From: an uncultured Thermomicrobiales bacterium
GTDB taxonomy: Bacteria > Chloroflexota > Chloroflexia > Thermomicrobiales > UBA6265
Direction of reading: 5' to 3'
NCBI GenBank assembly: GCA_902806345.1
Contig: CADCWF010000251.1
Span: 1 to 61,332, forward strand
DNA length: 61,332 nt
Shown here piece after piece: positions 1 through 9,140 of the stretch (the stretch's first letter is position 1; each line of letters starts with the position of its first letter). Both the position numbers and the translations under genes were made by a program. A model generated the notes under the pieces. The model made no database searches. It was given only the letters and a program-made list of their open reading frames with translations, and was not told where the DNA came from.

Positions 1-1
1 C

Positions 2-787
2 CGGCTGGAGGGCGGAGGCCTCAACTTCGTCGAGTTCAACTACCGGATCGTCCAGGCGTACGACTTCCTCCACCTCTTCCGGGCCGAGGGGTGCGCCCTC
101 CAGATGGGCGGCTCCGACCAGTGGGGCAACATCGTCGCCGGCGTCGAGCTGATCCGGAAGGCGGACGGCGGTCACGCCTTCGCCCTCGTCTGCCCGCTGC
201 TGACGACCGCCTCCGGCCAGAAGATGGGCAAGACCGAAGGCAACTCCCTCTGGCTGGACCCGGCCCTCACCAGCCCGTTCGACTTCTACCAGTATTGGGT
301 CAACGTCGACGACGCCGACGTCGAGAAACTGCTCCGCCTCTACACCTTCCTGCCGGAGCGGGAGATCGCCCGGGTGACGGCGGCGGGCGGGGCCGCCCTG
401 CGGGAGGCGAAGCGGGTGCTGGCGTTGGAGGCGACGGCGCTCACCCACGGCCGGGCCGAGTCTGGGCGGGCGGCGGCGGCGGCGGTGGCCCTATTCGGTG
501 GTGGAGCCGCCGTTGCCGGCGGCACCGACCCGGACGTCCCAGCGATTCCGACGACGGAGATCTCGGCCGCCGAGGTCTCCGCCGGGATATCCCTGGCCGA
601 CCTGTTCGTCCGGGCGGGACTGGCCTCGTCACGCGGGGAGGCTCGGCGGTTGGCGGGACAGGGCGGCCTATCGATCGACGACGCGAAGGTCGACGATGTC
701 GACGTTCGGTGGTCTCCATCCGGCGATCCCGCTGTGCTCCGCGTCGGCAAGAAGCGCTACCGGCGTGTGCTGGTCACCGAGAGCTGA
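2..787 (+). CDS. tyrS: Tyrosyl-tRNA synthetase, C-terminal part (5' truncated by window edge)
   Basis: Frame is open from position 2 (RLEGGGLNFVEFNYRIVQAYDF). Shows the QMGGSDQWGNI signature, the KMSKS-like KMGKT motif, and a C-terminal S4-like domain (SSRGEARRLAGQGGLSID...LRVGKKRY). Confidence 0.97.
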   Translation, partial: RLEGGGLNFVEFNYRIVQAYDFLHLFRAEGCALQMGGSDQWGNIVAGVELIRKADGGHAFALVCPLLTTASGQKMGKTEGNSLWLDPALTSPFDFYQYWVNVDDADVEKLLRLYTFLPEREIARVTAAGGAALREAKRVLALEATALTHGRAESGRAAAAAVALFGGGAAVAGGTDPDVPAIPTTEISAAEVSAGISLADLFVRAGLASSRGEARRLAGQGGLSIDDAKVDDVDVRWSPSGDPAVLRVGKKRYRRVLVTES

Positions 788-883
788 CCGGAAATCGGGA
801 TCGACCTCGGCGGAACGTTCTGCTCCTATCCCTCGAGAGACAAGGGGGTCCGCGCTCCGGGATCTCGGTCCGTCTTCCCCCCT

Positions 884-984
884 GGCATCCTGAACGAAGT
901 GAAGGATCTCCCTCCACAGTGACATCGATCGCACGGCGATTCTCCGGATCCGGAGAGATCCCTCAGCTTCGCCTCAGAATGACC
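884..984. repeat. REP-like palindromic element, family A, degenerate copy
   Basis: GGCATCCTGAACGAAGTGAAGGATCTC ... GAGATCCCTCAGCTTCGCCTCAGAATGACC, lying between convergent tyrS and MFS genes; same arms as the copy at 31086-31188. Confidence 0.75.
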
Positions 985-1080
985 ACGGCGGCCGGTCGAC
1001 GCGAACGACCGGGTTCGGCACGAGATTGAGGATTTACTCGGCGGAAGCGCTCGGCAAGCTTCCGGAGTTTGCCTAGCCGC

Positions 1081-2367
1081 TCAATGCCCGGACGATGGCA
1101 CCGCCGAAACCACCGGCAGCGGCCGGACAGCCATCTGCACCCCGATGCCGGCGGTGGCGATGGCGACGGCAATGGCGACCGCCACCCGCTCCACTCCAAA
1201 GGCGTCGGCGGCGATGCCGGCCAGGAGCGTCGGCACCAGGGCACCCACGTTCTGGGTCAGCGAGACGGTCGCCACCGCCTGGCCGCGCCGCCCCGGCGGC
1301 GTCCGCCCGAGCACGATCGAGCGGGCGGCGACGCCGACGATCGCGGAGCAGAACCCGGCCGGGATCGAGATCAGCATCGCCACCAGGGTCAGCGCCGGGA
1401 TCCGCAGCAGGTCCGCCGCCCGATCGAGCGGCAGCCCCAGCCCGTCGTTCAGGAACGCCCGGAAATCGACCACGAAGCCGAGGGCGCCGACGCAGAGCGC
1501 GAACCCGAGCAGGGCGCCGACGGCGACCCGCTGCTCGCCCAGCGCCGCCCCGAACCGCGGCGCCACCCGCAGCCCGAGGACGAGCCCGAGCGAGGCCGGG
1601 GCGAAGACGAAGACCGTGTTCTCGGCCGGTGTATCGAGCACCCCCCGCAGGTAGAGCGGGACGATCACCACCAGCGCGCTCATGCCGATCCCGATCAGTA
1701 CGTCGGCCGCCATTGCCCGCAGGGTGACCGGGTCACCGCGGACCGCGGCCAGCCCCTCGCCCAGTGTCGAGCGGAGCGACCGCGCCCCGAGGTGGGCGCC
1801 GCGGCGGACGTGCTCGTCCAGCGGCGGCAGGAGCAGCTCCAGCCCGGCGGCGACGAAACAGAACGCGGCGCAGACGGCGAAAAGCGCCCCGACCCCGACG
1901 GTCTTGAGCATCAGGGGGGCGAGGAAGACAAGGCCGATCAGTTGCGCCAGCGTGCCGGCGAGGTTGTAGAGCGCCTGGCCGTCGCTGAGCCGGCCGCGAG
2001 GAACGAGCCCGACCAGGGCGGCATTCTCGGTCGGCGAGTAGAACTGGAAGATCGTCCAGAGGGCGAGGGTCGCCGCGAAGATGCCGACCAGCGACGGCGG
2101 GGAGACGATCAGGAGGACGACCGCCGCGAAGCGCAGCAGGTTGAGGGCGATCAACATCCCCCGCCGCGGGAACTCGTCGACGGCGACACCGGCCGGCAGC
2201 CCGAACAGGATAGCCGGCAGGATCGAGCAGATGACGAAGAGCGAGTTGAAGGTGGCGCTGGCGGTCTGGTCGACGACCAGGAGGAGGAACGCGTAGACGA
2301 GCGCGCTTTGGGCGGCACCCGCCAGCACCCGAGCCACCAGGAAGGCACGGAACCGGTCGTCGGCCAT
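1081..2367 (-). CDS. MFS transporter
   Basis: About 12 hydrophobic segments and a motif A-like GLPAGVAVDEFPRRGML. Start placed at ATG 2367 (MADDRFRAFL); the ORF track extends to 2694 through Arg/Pro-rich sequence, so the start is uncertain. Confidence 0.85.
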   Translation of the reverse strand: MADDRFRAFLVARVLAGAAQSALVYAFLLLVVDQTASATFNSLFVICSILPAILFGLPAGVAVDEFPRRGMLIALNLLRFAAVVLLIVSPPSLVGIFAATLALWTIFQFYSPTENAALVGLVPRGRLSDGQALYNLAGTLAQLIGLVFLAPLMLKTVGVGALFAVCAAFCFVAAGLELLLPPLDEHVRRGAHLGARSLRSTLGEGLAAVRGDPVTLRAMAADVLIGIGMSALVVIVPLYLRGVLDTPAENTVFVFAPASLGLVLGLRVAPRFGAALGEQRVAVGALLGFALCVGALGFVVDFRAFLNDGLGLPLDRAADLLRIPALTLVAMLISIPAGFCSAIVGVAARSIVLGRTPPGRRGQAVATVSLTQNVGALVPTLLAGIAADAFGVERVAVAIAVAIATAGIGVQMAVRPLPVVSAVPSSGH

Positions 2368-2769
2368 GAGTGGCGGCCGGGGCTCCGGCGGCAACCGTCG
2401 CGACAGTCGGCCCAGGCGCCGCCCGCTGACGGGTGCGGCATCCGCCGCGGAGACCGGGATCACCGTCCCGCCCGAGACCGGCGTGATCGCCCGATTGCCG
2501 ACCACGGGGGGTGCCGTCGCCGCCGGAGCCTCCAAGGTGCGCAGCGCGACCCGCTGGACCGCCCGCGGGCGGACCGGTCGTCGACGTGGTGGGGGAGCGG
2601 GCGGCTGCCCCCGGAGTTCGCCCGGTGTGCTCACGGTGGCGGTCCCATCACGGTCTCGCCGGCGGGGACGGGACGCGGGGAACGGGTCCCGCAACGAGTG
2701 TATCGCGCGGCAGGTCGTTTCCGTCCCCGTAGCTCGGGGTGTTGGATCGGCCGGGTCGCGTTCGCTGGG

Positions 2770-3273
2770 CTACCCGCCGACTCCGTCGACCGGGAGTGCC
2801 TCACGGACCGCGTCCAGTGTCGGCAGGATGTCCAGCAGCGCGATCAGGAGCAGTGCGTCGCCCACGATCAGCATCCCCATCAGCGCCGCCGGCCCGGGCG
2901 GACCGACCTGGCCGGCGTAGCGGCGGAGGCCGAAGGTGTCGGTCGATACCAGCACGAAGATGAGCCAGGGCACCCCGACGAAGAGGCCACCGAGGAGGTG
3001 CAACTGGCCGTGTGGCAGCTCCCGCCAGACGAGGATGGCCAGGTTCAGCACGGCCAGGAGGAGGCCCGGCAAGAGCAGGAGCGCCACCCACGACCAGGCA
3101 CCACCGACCGCGCGGGCGCCGGGCGCCGCCCGCGCCGGCCTCCGCTGGTGGGGCCAGTAGCCGTCAACCGCCGCCTCGACCGCCTGGATGGTGTAGACGA
3201 GTGCGACGCAGAGCGCCACCAGCAGCCAGAAGCGGCCGTCGGCCGCCCGTAGCACCTCGCCAATCCGATCCAC
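2770..3273 (-). CDS. Hypothetical membrane protein (about 4 TM segments)
   Basis: Hydrophobic stretches (FWLLVALCVALVY, WSWVALLLLPGLLLAVLNLAIL, LLGGLFVGVPWLIFV, ALMGMLIVGDALLLI). Start chosen at GTG 3273. Confidence 0.65.
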   Translation of the reverse strand: MDRIGEVLRAADGRFWLLVALCVALVYTIQAVEAAVDGYWPHQRRPARAAPGARAVGGAWSWVALLLLPGLLLAVLNLAILVWRELPHGQLHLLGGLFVGVPWLIFVLVSTDTFGLRRYAGQVGPPGPAALMGMLIVGDALLLIALLDILPTLDAVREALPVDGVGG

Positions 3274-3467
3274 GCCGCCTCCCGATTCGGCCTCCCTGGC
3301 CGGCGCCGCGCGCTGCGGCGAGGGTAGCACAGGCCCGGGTTGGAAACGTCTCGGGGCGACCGCCCACCGCCCGCTCTGGTACCCTCCGGGTGGGGCTGAC
3401 TCCTGGGTCTGGCGCCAGCCCGACCGGCTTCGCCGCACGCCGCATCATCCGGGGGATCATTCCGCCG

Positions 3468-4286
3468 ATGGCCGCCGATCCCTACGCAGACCCCCTCCAT
3501 CAGCCCTTCGTGATGGCGGCCGGATCCACCCATATCCTGCTCATCCCCGGCTTCCTCGGCACCCCGAAGGAAATGCGCCCGCTGGGCGAGGCGCTCGTTG
3601 CCGCCGGCATCACCGCCCGCAGCGTCCAGCTCCCCGGCTTCGGTTCGGACTACGGCCGGCTGGCCGCGGTCGGGGCTGCGGAGTGGGTCGAGGCTGCCAC
3701 CCGCGCCTGGCTCGAAACGCGCCGCGACGCCGAGCGGACGGTCCTTCTCGGCTTCTCGATGGGAGCCGCCGTCGCCTTGAAGCTGGCCGCGCTCGCCCCG
3801 CCGGACGCCGTCATCCTGCTCGCGCCCCACTGGCGGTTGGCCGACAAGCGGGCCGTCGCCCTGCCCCTCATCAAGGGCGTCATGAAGGAGTTCCGGCCGT
3901 TCGCCAAAGCGAACTTCACCGACCCCGGCACGCGGCGGATGTTCATGGAGATGGCCCCCGAGGCCAACCTCGACGACCCCGCCGTCCAGGCCCGCCTCCG
4001 CCGGCAGACCGCCCTGCCGACCCGCACCCTCGACGAGTTGCGCCGGCTGGGGAACGCGGCCGGGGCCGCGGCTCGCCACGTCACGGCGCCGACGACCATC
4101 CTCCAGGGCCGCGACGACACCACTTCCCTGCCGTCCTACACGCGATTGCTCGGCCTGCGTCTTGGCGGCCCGCTGACGCTGCGCGAGTTCCCCGGTGGCC
4201 ACCAGCTCGTCGACCCCGCCCAGCCGACCTGGGAGACCGTCCGCGACGGCGTGGTCGGCGTCGCGTGGGGTGTGACCAGGACGTGA
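3468..4286 (+). CDS. Alpha/beta hydrolase (carboxylesterase / monoacylglycerol lipase-like)
   Basis: Oxyanion region LIPGFLG, nucleophile elbow GFSMG, then GRDD (Asp) and GGHQL (His). Its stop overlaps the next GTG start. Confidence 0.88.
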   Translation: MAADPYADPLHQPFVMAAGSTHILLIPGFLGTPKEMRPLGEALVAAGITARSVQLPGFGSDYGRLAAVGAAEWVEAATRAWLETRRDAERTVLLGFSMGAAVALKLAALAPPDAVILLAPHWRLADKRAVALPLIKGVMKEFRPFAKANFTDPGTRRMFMEMAPEANLDDPAVQARLRRQTALPTRTLDELRRLGNAAGAAARHVTAPTTILQGRDDTTSLPSYTRLLGLRLGGPLTLREFPGGHQLVDPAQPTWETVRDGVVGVAWGVTRT

Positions 4287-5431
4287 TCCGCTGGCTCTGG
4301 TTCTTCGTTGCTGCCGTCCAGGCGGCCCTCGCCCTCAGGGTCGTCGCCCGGCTGGCGCGGACGGCTCGGGGCGAGCGGATCGGGCCGGCACGGGTCGGGA
4401 TGGCCACCGAGCGGGTCTCCGTCATCGTCCCCGTGCTGGACGAGGCGGAGCGCCTCGGGCCGTGCCTCGCCGGACTCCACGCCCAAGGCGTCGAGGCGGC
4501 TGAAATCCTGGTCGTCGACGGCGGCTCGATCGATGCCACCCGCGAGCTGGTCCTCGGCTGGGCCGCTCACGACCGCCGGATCCGGCTGGTCGAGGCCGGG
4601 TCGGCTGCGGACGACGCCAACGGCAAGGTCCACAACCTCGCCGCCGGACTCGCCGTGGCGGACCCGGCCGTCCCCTGGCTGCTGACCATCGACGCCGATG
4701 TCCGGCCACGGCCGGGACTGGCCCGCGCGCTCCTTGCGTTCGCGACCGCGCGGCGGCTGGGCGCTCTGAGCGTCGCCACGCTTCAGCGCGTCTCCGGACC
4801 CGCCGAAGCACTGCTCCACCCGGCCATGCTGACGACGCTTGTCTACCGATTCGGCATCCCAGGCTCGGCGACCATCGACCCCGCACTGGTCCAGGCCAAC
4901 GGGCAGTGCATGCTGCTCCGGCGGGACCTTCTGGAAGCGGTTGGTGGCTTCACCTCCCTGGCGGGCGAGATCGTCGAGGATGTCGCCATCGCCCGCCGGC
5001 TCGCGGCGCGCGGGGAGCCGGTCGGCTTCTACGAGGCGGGCCCCCTCGTCGAGGTCGCGATGTACCGGGGCGCGGCCGAAGCCTGGCGGAACTGGACCCG
5101 CTCGCTGCCGATGCGCGATGCACGGTGGGGCTGGGCGGGCCGGATCGGGCTGCTTGAGGTCCTCCTCGTCCAGGCGCTGCCGCTGCCGCTGCTGCTCTGG
5201 CTCGCCGTCCGCGGGCGAGCGGGGACGCCGCTCGGCCGTCTGAATCTGGTCCTTGCCCTGGTCCGGATCGGGGTCCTGGCCGGCGCCGCCCGCGCCTACG
5301 TCGCGCCGCCGTTCACCTATTGGCTGTCGCCCGTGTCGGATCCGGCGGTGGCCCTTGCGTTACCCTTTCAGGCGATCCGGAGGCGGCACGTCTGGCGCGG
5401 CCGCAGCGTCGTCCGCGGAGGCTCTCGATGA
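4283..5431 (+). CDS. Family 2 glycosyltransferase, CruC/CrtQ/HpnB-like (probable carotenoid glycosyltransferase)
   Basis: N-terminal TM helix, VSVIVPVLDE, VVDGGSID, DxD motif (TIDADV), QANGQCML and EDVAIAR. Overlaps of GTGA upstream and ATGA downstream (with cruF). Confidence 0.88.
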   Translation: MIRWLWFFVAAVQAALALRVVARLARTARGERIGPARVGMATERVSVIVPVLDEAERLGPCLAGLHAQGVEAAEILVVDGGSIDATRELVLGWAAHDRRIRLVEAGSAADDANGKVHNLAAGLAVADPAVPWLLTIDADVRPRPGLARALLAFATARRLGALSVATLQRVSGPAEALLHPAMLTTLVYRFGIPGSATIDPALVQANGQCMLLRRDLLEAVGGFTSLAGEIVEDVAIARRLAARGEPVGFYEAGPLVEVAMYRGAAEAWRNWTRSLPMRDARWGWAGRIGLLEVLLVQALPLPLLLWLAVRGRAGTPLGRLNLVLALVRIGVLAGAARAYVAPPFTYWLSPVSDPAVALALPFQAIRRRHVWRGRSVVRGGSR

Positions 5432-6303
5432 AGCTCGCCCGCCTGCTCCTTGCCGCCCACCTCGGGGCGCTCATCTTCGGCTTGGCAGGGCTGCTGATCG
5501 CCCTGCCCAACCCGGGGCTCTGGCAAGGCGATCCGAGGGCGATCGGCGTCTTCGACTTCGGGATGACCTACGCCGGTTCGCTCCACATCCTCCTCGGCGC
5601 GGCGGCGATGTTCGCCTGGGGCGTGGCTGTCCTGGGTTGGCGACGGACGATGACCTTCTTCTGGTTCGCCGTCCCGATCTCGCTCTGCTCCGAGCTGCTG
5701 GGGACGACCTCCGGCTACCCGTTCGGCAACTACGCCTACACCGAGTTCCTCGGCGCCAAGGTCGCCGGCCACGTCCCCTTCTCGATTCCCCTCTCGTGGT
5801 TCTACGTCGGCTTCGCCTGCTACGTCCTCGGCGCCCTCATCGCCGACCGCTACCGCCTGACGCCGCCCTGGGCCTGGGGCGTCGGCCTCGGCGTCTGGTT
5901 CCTGACCGTCTGGGACTTGGTGCTGGACCCGGCGATGGCCCACGCCGACCTCGCGGTCAAGTTCTGGGAGTGGAGCGACACCGGCCCCTACTTCGGGATG
6001 CCGGTCCAGAACTTCGTCGGCTGGTCGGTCACTGCCCTCGTCTACATGGGTCTCAGCCGGATGGCCTGGGGGGCAGACATCGAACCAGCGCGGGAGTGGG
6101 TGCCGGCGCTCTTCCCGTTCGTCGTCTACGCCGCCAACACGGTCTTCGCCGCCGCCCTCAGCGCCTCGGTCGGACTCTGGATCCCGATCCTGCTGGCGGT
6201 CGTGCTCGGCATCATCCCGGCTACGCTCGCCCTCCGGACGCCGCCCCAACCGAGGCGGGCCCGGGCAGAGGGGCAGGCGCCATTGGCGGCGGCGTCGCGG
6301 TAA
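5428..6303 (+). CDS. cruF: Carotenoid 1,2-hydratase CruF-like membrane protein
   Basis: ELLGTTSGYPFGNYAYTEFLG, VPFSIPLSW, WDLVLDPAM and YFGMPVQNFVGW match the CruF/Caroten_synth family as I recall it. Confidence 0.85.
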   Translation: MKLARLLLAAHLGALIFGLAGLLIALPNPGLWQGDPRAIGVFDFGMTYAGSLHILLGAAAMFAWGVAVLGWRRTMTFFWFAVPISLCSELLGTTSGYPFGNYAYTEFLGAKVAGHVPFSIPLSWFYVGFACYVLGALIADRYRLTPPWAWGVGLGVWFLTVWDLVLDPAMAHADLAVKFWEWSDTGPYFGMPVQNFVGWSVTALVYMGLSRMAWGADIEPAREWVPALFPFVVYAANTVFAAALSASVGLWIPILLAVVLGIIPATLALRTPPQPRRARAEGQAPLAAASR

Positions 6304-6343
6304 CACGCTCGAACGTGGGGGCTGTCGTAGCAGAAGGCCCATA

Positions 6344-6382
6344 CTCCTCAGCCGCCTCTTCCCGGCGAGGGAGAGGGGGAGC
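6344..6382. repeat. REP-like palindrome, family B (CCCCTCTCCC..GGGAGAGGGG type), degenerate
   Basis: CTCCTCAGCCGCCTCTTCCCGGCGAGGGAGAGGGGGAGC in the gap between cruF and the acyltransferase. Confidence 0.6.
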
Positions 6383-6484
6383 ACACCGCCCGCCAGCGCT
6401 AAACGGATCGCTCGGTTTCGGAGTCGCTGCGCAACCCGACGACCATCGTCCGCCGATTGCAACTGCCCGACGCAGGTTCCGCTT

Positions 6485-7258
6485 GTGAGCGTCAACGGGG
6501 CCGCCATCTCCGCGGCCTTCGGCCGCCTCGCCATCGCGGGCGTCTGCCGTCGCTCCCTTCGGCGGGACGCCAGCCTCACGATCGAGGGCCTGGAGCACGT
6601 TCCCAGCGCCGGCGCGACGCTGCTCGTTGCCCGCCACGTCCACCACCTGTTCGACGGCTGCTCCCTGTGGACCACGCTGCCGCGGCCGTTCCGCATCCTG
6701 GTCGCGGTCGATTGGGCCGCCGGCCGAGCGTCGGGGCGGCTGCTCGACTGGGCCTGTCGGACGATGGGCTGGCCGAGGGTGCTCCGAGCCGACGCCCCTG
6801 CGGGCCCCGCCACGACCGACGCCGTCTGGTTTCGTCGACAGGCGACCGGCGAGACGGTTGCGCTGCTCCGCGCCGGGGAAGCGGTTCTCGTCTTCCCGGA
6901 AGGTTTCCCTGCCGTCGACCCGAACCCGAACCCGGCAACGCGGCGCGGTCTGGACGAGATGCTTCCGTTCCGCCCCGGATTCGCCCGCCTCGTCGCGCTC
7001 GCGGAGAAGGACCGCCGGACTCGGGTGGCGACTGTGCCGATCGGCTTCACCTACGCCGGTGGCCCGCCGTGGTCCATCGCGGTCCGCTGCGGAGCGCCGA
7101 TGTTCCTCGAAAGGGACGAGCGGCCGGGGGCGTTCGCGGCGCGGGTAGAGGCGCGGGTGCGGCTCCTTTCGGGACCGGGCGTCACGGTCCGGAGGGAGCC
7201 AGGCGAGGACCGCTCGTCGGCGATATCCCTCGATGCGGGGTACGGCGGAGACGGCTGA
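6485..7258 (+). CDS. Lysophospholipid/glycerolipid acyltransferase (PlsC-like; candidate carotenoid-glycoside acyltransferase)
   Basis: HxxxxD motif (HVHHLFD), LVFPEG motif and VATVPIG. Confidence 0.82.
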   Translation: MSVNGAAISAAFGRLAIAGVCRRSLRRDASLTIEGLEHVPSAGATLLVARHVHHLFDGCSLWTTLPRPFRILVAVDWAAGRASGRLLDWACRTMGWPRVLRADAPAGPATTDAVWFRRQATGETVALLRAGEAVLVFPEGFPAVDPNPNPATRRGLDEMLPFRPGFARLVALAEKDRRTRVATVPIGFTYAGGPPWSIAVRCGAPMFLERDERPGAFAARVEARVRLLSGPGVTVRREPGEDRSSAISLDAGYGGDG

Positions 7259-7453
7259 GCGAGCACGCGCGAAGGAGGGTCGCCGGGTCCATGACGGATC
7301 TCTGATCCTGGCGAACCGTCGGCCGCCGGAGATGACCGATGCCGAGTCCGACCAGGTGCCCGGTTTGCCCGTTCCAAGGTTGGTGCCGCGTGCAGGATCC
7401 GGCAGAAGGGCAGGAGGTGCTCCTCTGGACGTCGTTGACTTGACACTCTTCGG

Positions 7454-8881
7454 TCAGCCCGCGGTGCCCGCGTCAGCGGTCGCCGCCTGCATGGCCCGCC
7501 AAAGTGCGGCCACGTCCTCGCGCTCGGTCGGGGTGGCGCCGATGCTGACCCGGACCATCCAGCGGTCGTCCAGGACCGCCGGCGTCAGGTAGGCCGCGCC
7601 GGAGCGGTTGATCCGATCGCACCAGGCCAGCGTGTAGCGGTCCAACGCCTCGCCCCCGAGGCCCGGCGGCTCGTGTCGCAGGCAGAGCGTCTGCAGCGGC
7701 ACCGGCGCCACAACCCGCCACCCGGGCGCATTCTCCACCTGCTCGGCGAGCCATTGCGCGTTCGCCAGGTCGCGCCGCAGCCGGGCTTGCAAGCCGGCGA
7801 CCCCGTTGGCCCGGATCAGCAACCACATCTTGAGGGCGCGGAAGCGACGCCCGAGGGGGATGCCCCAGTCGCGGAGGTTAGAGACCCGGTCGTCGACCCC
7901 GCTCTGGAGGTAGCTGGGGTTGGTGCTCATCACCCGGACGAGGTGCTCGGCGTCGCGGACGTAGTAGAGCGAGCAGTCGAACGCGGCGCCGAGCCACTTG
8001 TGGGCGTTGATGACGAGCGAGTCGGCAGCTTCGACCCCGCCCCACATCCAGCGGCACTCGGGGAGGATCATCGCCGAGCCGGCCATCGCGGCGTCAACGT
8101 GGAGCCAGATGCCATGTTCCTGCGCGATCCCGGCGATGTCGGCGATCGGGTCGAGCGCGGTCGAGCCGGTGGTGCCCGTCGTCGCGACGACGGCGCAGGG
8201 TACCCGGTCCCGCGCCGTGTCGTCGGCGATCGCCGCCGCCAGCGCGTCGGGCCGCATCGCCAATGCCTCGTCCGTTTCGATCCAGCGGAGGTTGTCGCGG
8301 CCGAACCCGGCCAGGAGCGCCGCCTTCTCGACCGAGCTGTGGGCCTGGCGCGAGGCGTAGACGACAAGCGGGCGCGGCTCGCCTTGGAGGCCGCCGTGAG
8401 CGAGCGAGTAGCCGGTTGCCCGCTCGCGGGCGCAGATGAGGGCGACGAGGGCGCCCGTCGATGCGGTGTCCTCGATGACCCCGCGCCAGCCATCGGAGAG
8501 GCCGACCATCTGCCGCACCCAGTCCGTCGTCACCTCTTCCAGCTCGGTCAGCGCCGGGCTCGCCTGCCAGGAGAGGCCCAGGACGCCGAGGCCGGTTGCG
8601 AGGTAGTCGCCGAGGACGCTCTCTAGCGGCGCGTTGGCCGGGAAGTAGCCGAAGAAGCGCGGGTGCTGCCAATGGGAGAGTCCGGGCAGGATGTCCCGCT
8701 CAAGTTCGCCGATGAGCCCGCCGAGCGATTCCCCCACCTCCGGCGGGGCTTCCGGGAAGCATCGCTTGATCTCGCCGGGCGTAACGCGGGCCATCACCGG
8801 CCGTTCGGCGATCCCCTGGCGGTAGTCAGCGACCCAGTCGATCAGCTCGTGGCCCAACCGGCGGAACGCTTCGGGGTCCAA
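7454..8881 (-). CDS. ddc: Group II PLP-dependent decarboxylase (aromatic L-amino acid / DOPA decarboxylase-like)
   Basis: MDPEAFRRLGHELIDWVADY, SHWQHPRFFGYFP, WLHVDAAMAG, PLP-lysine motif NAHKWL, and DWGIPLGRRFRALK. Confidence 0.93.
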   Translation of the reverse strand: MDPEAFRRLGHELIDWVADYRQGIAERPVMARVTPGEIKRCFPEAPPEVGESLGGLIGELERDILPGLSHWQHPRFFGYFPANAPLESVLGDYLATGLGVLGLSWQASPALTELEEVTTDWVRQMVGLSDGWRGVIEDTASTGALVALICARERATGYSLAHGGLQGEPRPLVVYASRQAHSSVEKAALLAGFGRDNLRWIETDEALAMRPDALAAAIADDTARDRVPCAVVATTGTTGSTALDPIADIAGIAQEHGIWLHVDAAMAGSAMILPECRWMWGGVEAADSLVINAHKWLGAAFDCSLYYVRDAEHLVRVMSTNPSYLQSGVDDRVSNLRDWGIPLGRRFRALKMWLLIRANGVAGLQARLRRDLANAQWLAEQVENAPGWRVVAPVPLQTLCLRHEPPGLGGEALDRYTLAWCDRINRSGAAYLTPAVLDDRWMVRVSIGATPTEREDVAALWRAMQAATADAGTAG

Positions 8882-9140
8882 GGTCCAGCTCCTCGGAGGT
8901 TCGGACGGTCGTCTCGGTTGCAGCGGTCGGCCCGTCGGTCGAGTCAGAGTGCGGGGTTAGCCCGGACAACGGGGAGGACCTGTCTGCAGCGATGAAGCCC
9001 GTCCGAGACCGAGGACGCGGGGTCGACCTGGGTCGTGCCCGGTCCCGGAGGGGCATTGTCACCTCAACCGGGCCTTCAACTGCGAGCTCTGCGGCGCTGC
9101 CGCCGAACCCTGGACATCCATCAACGCCAGTTGGACCGGC

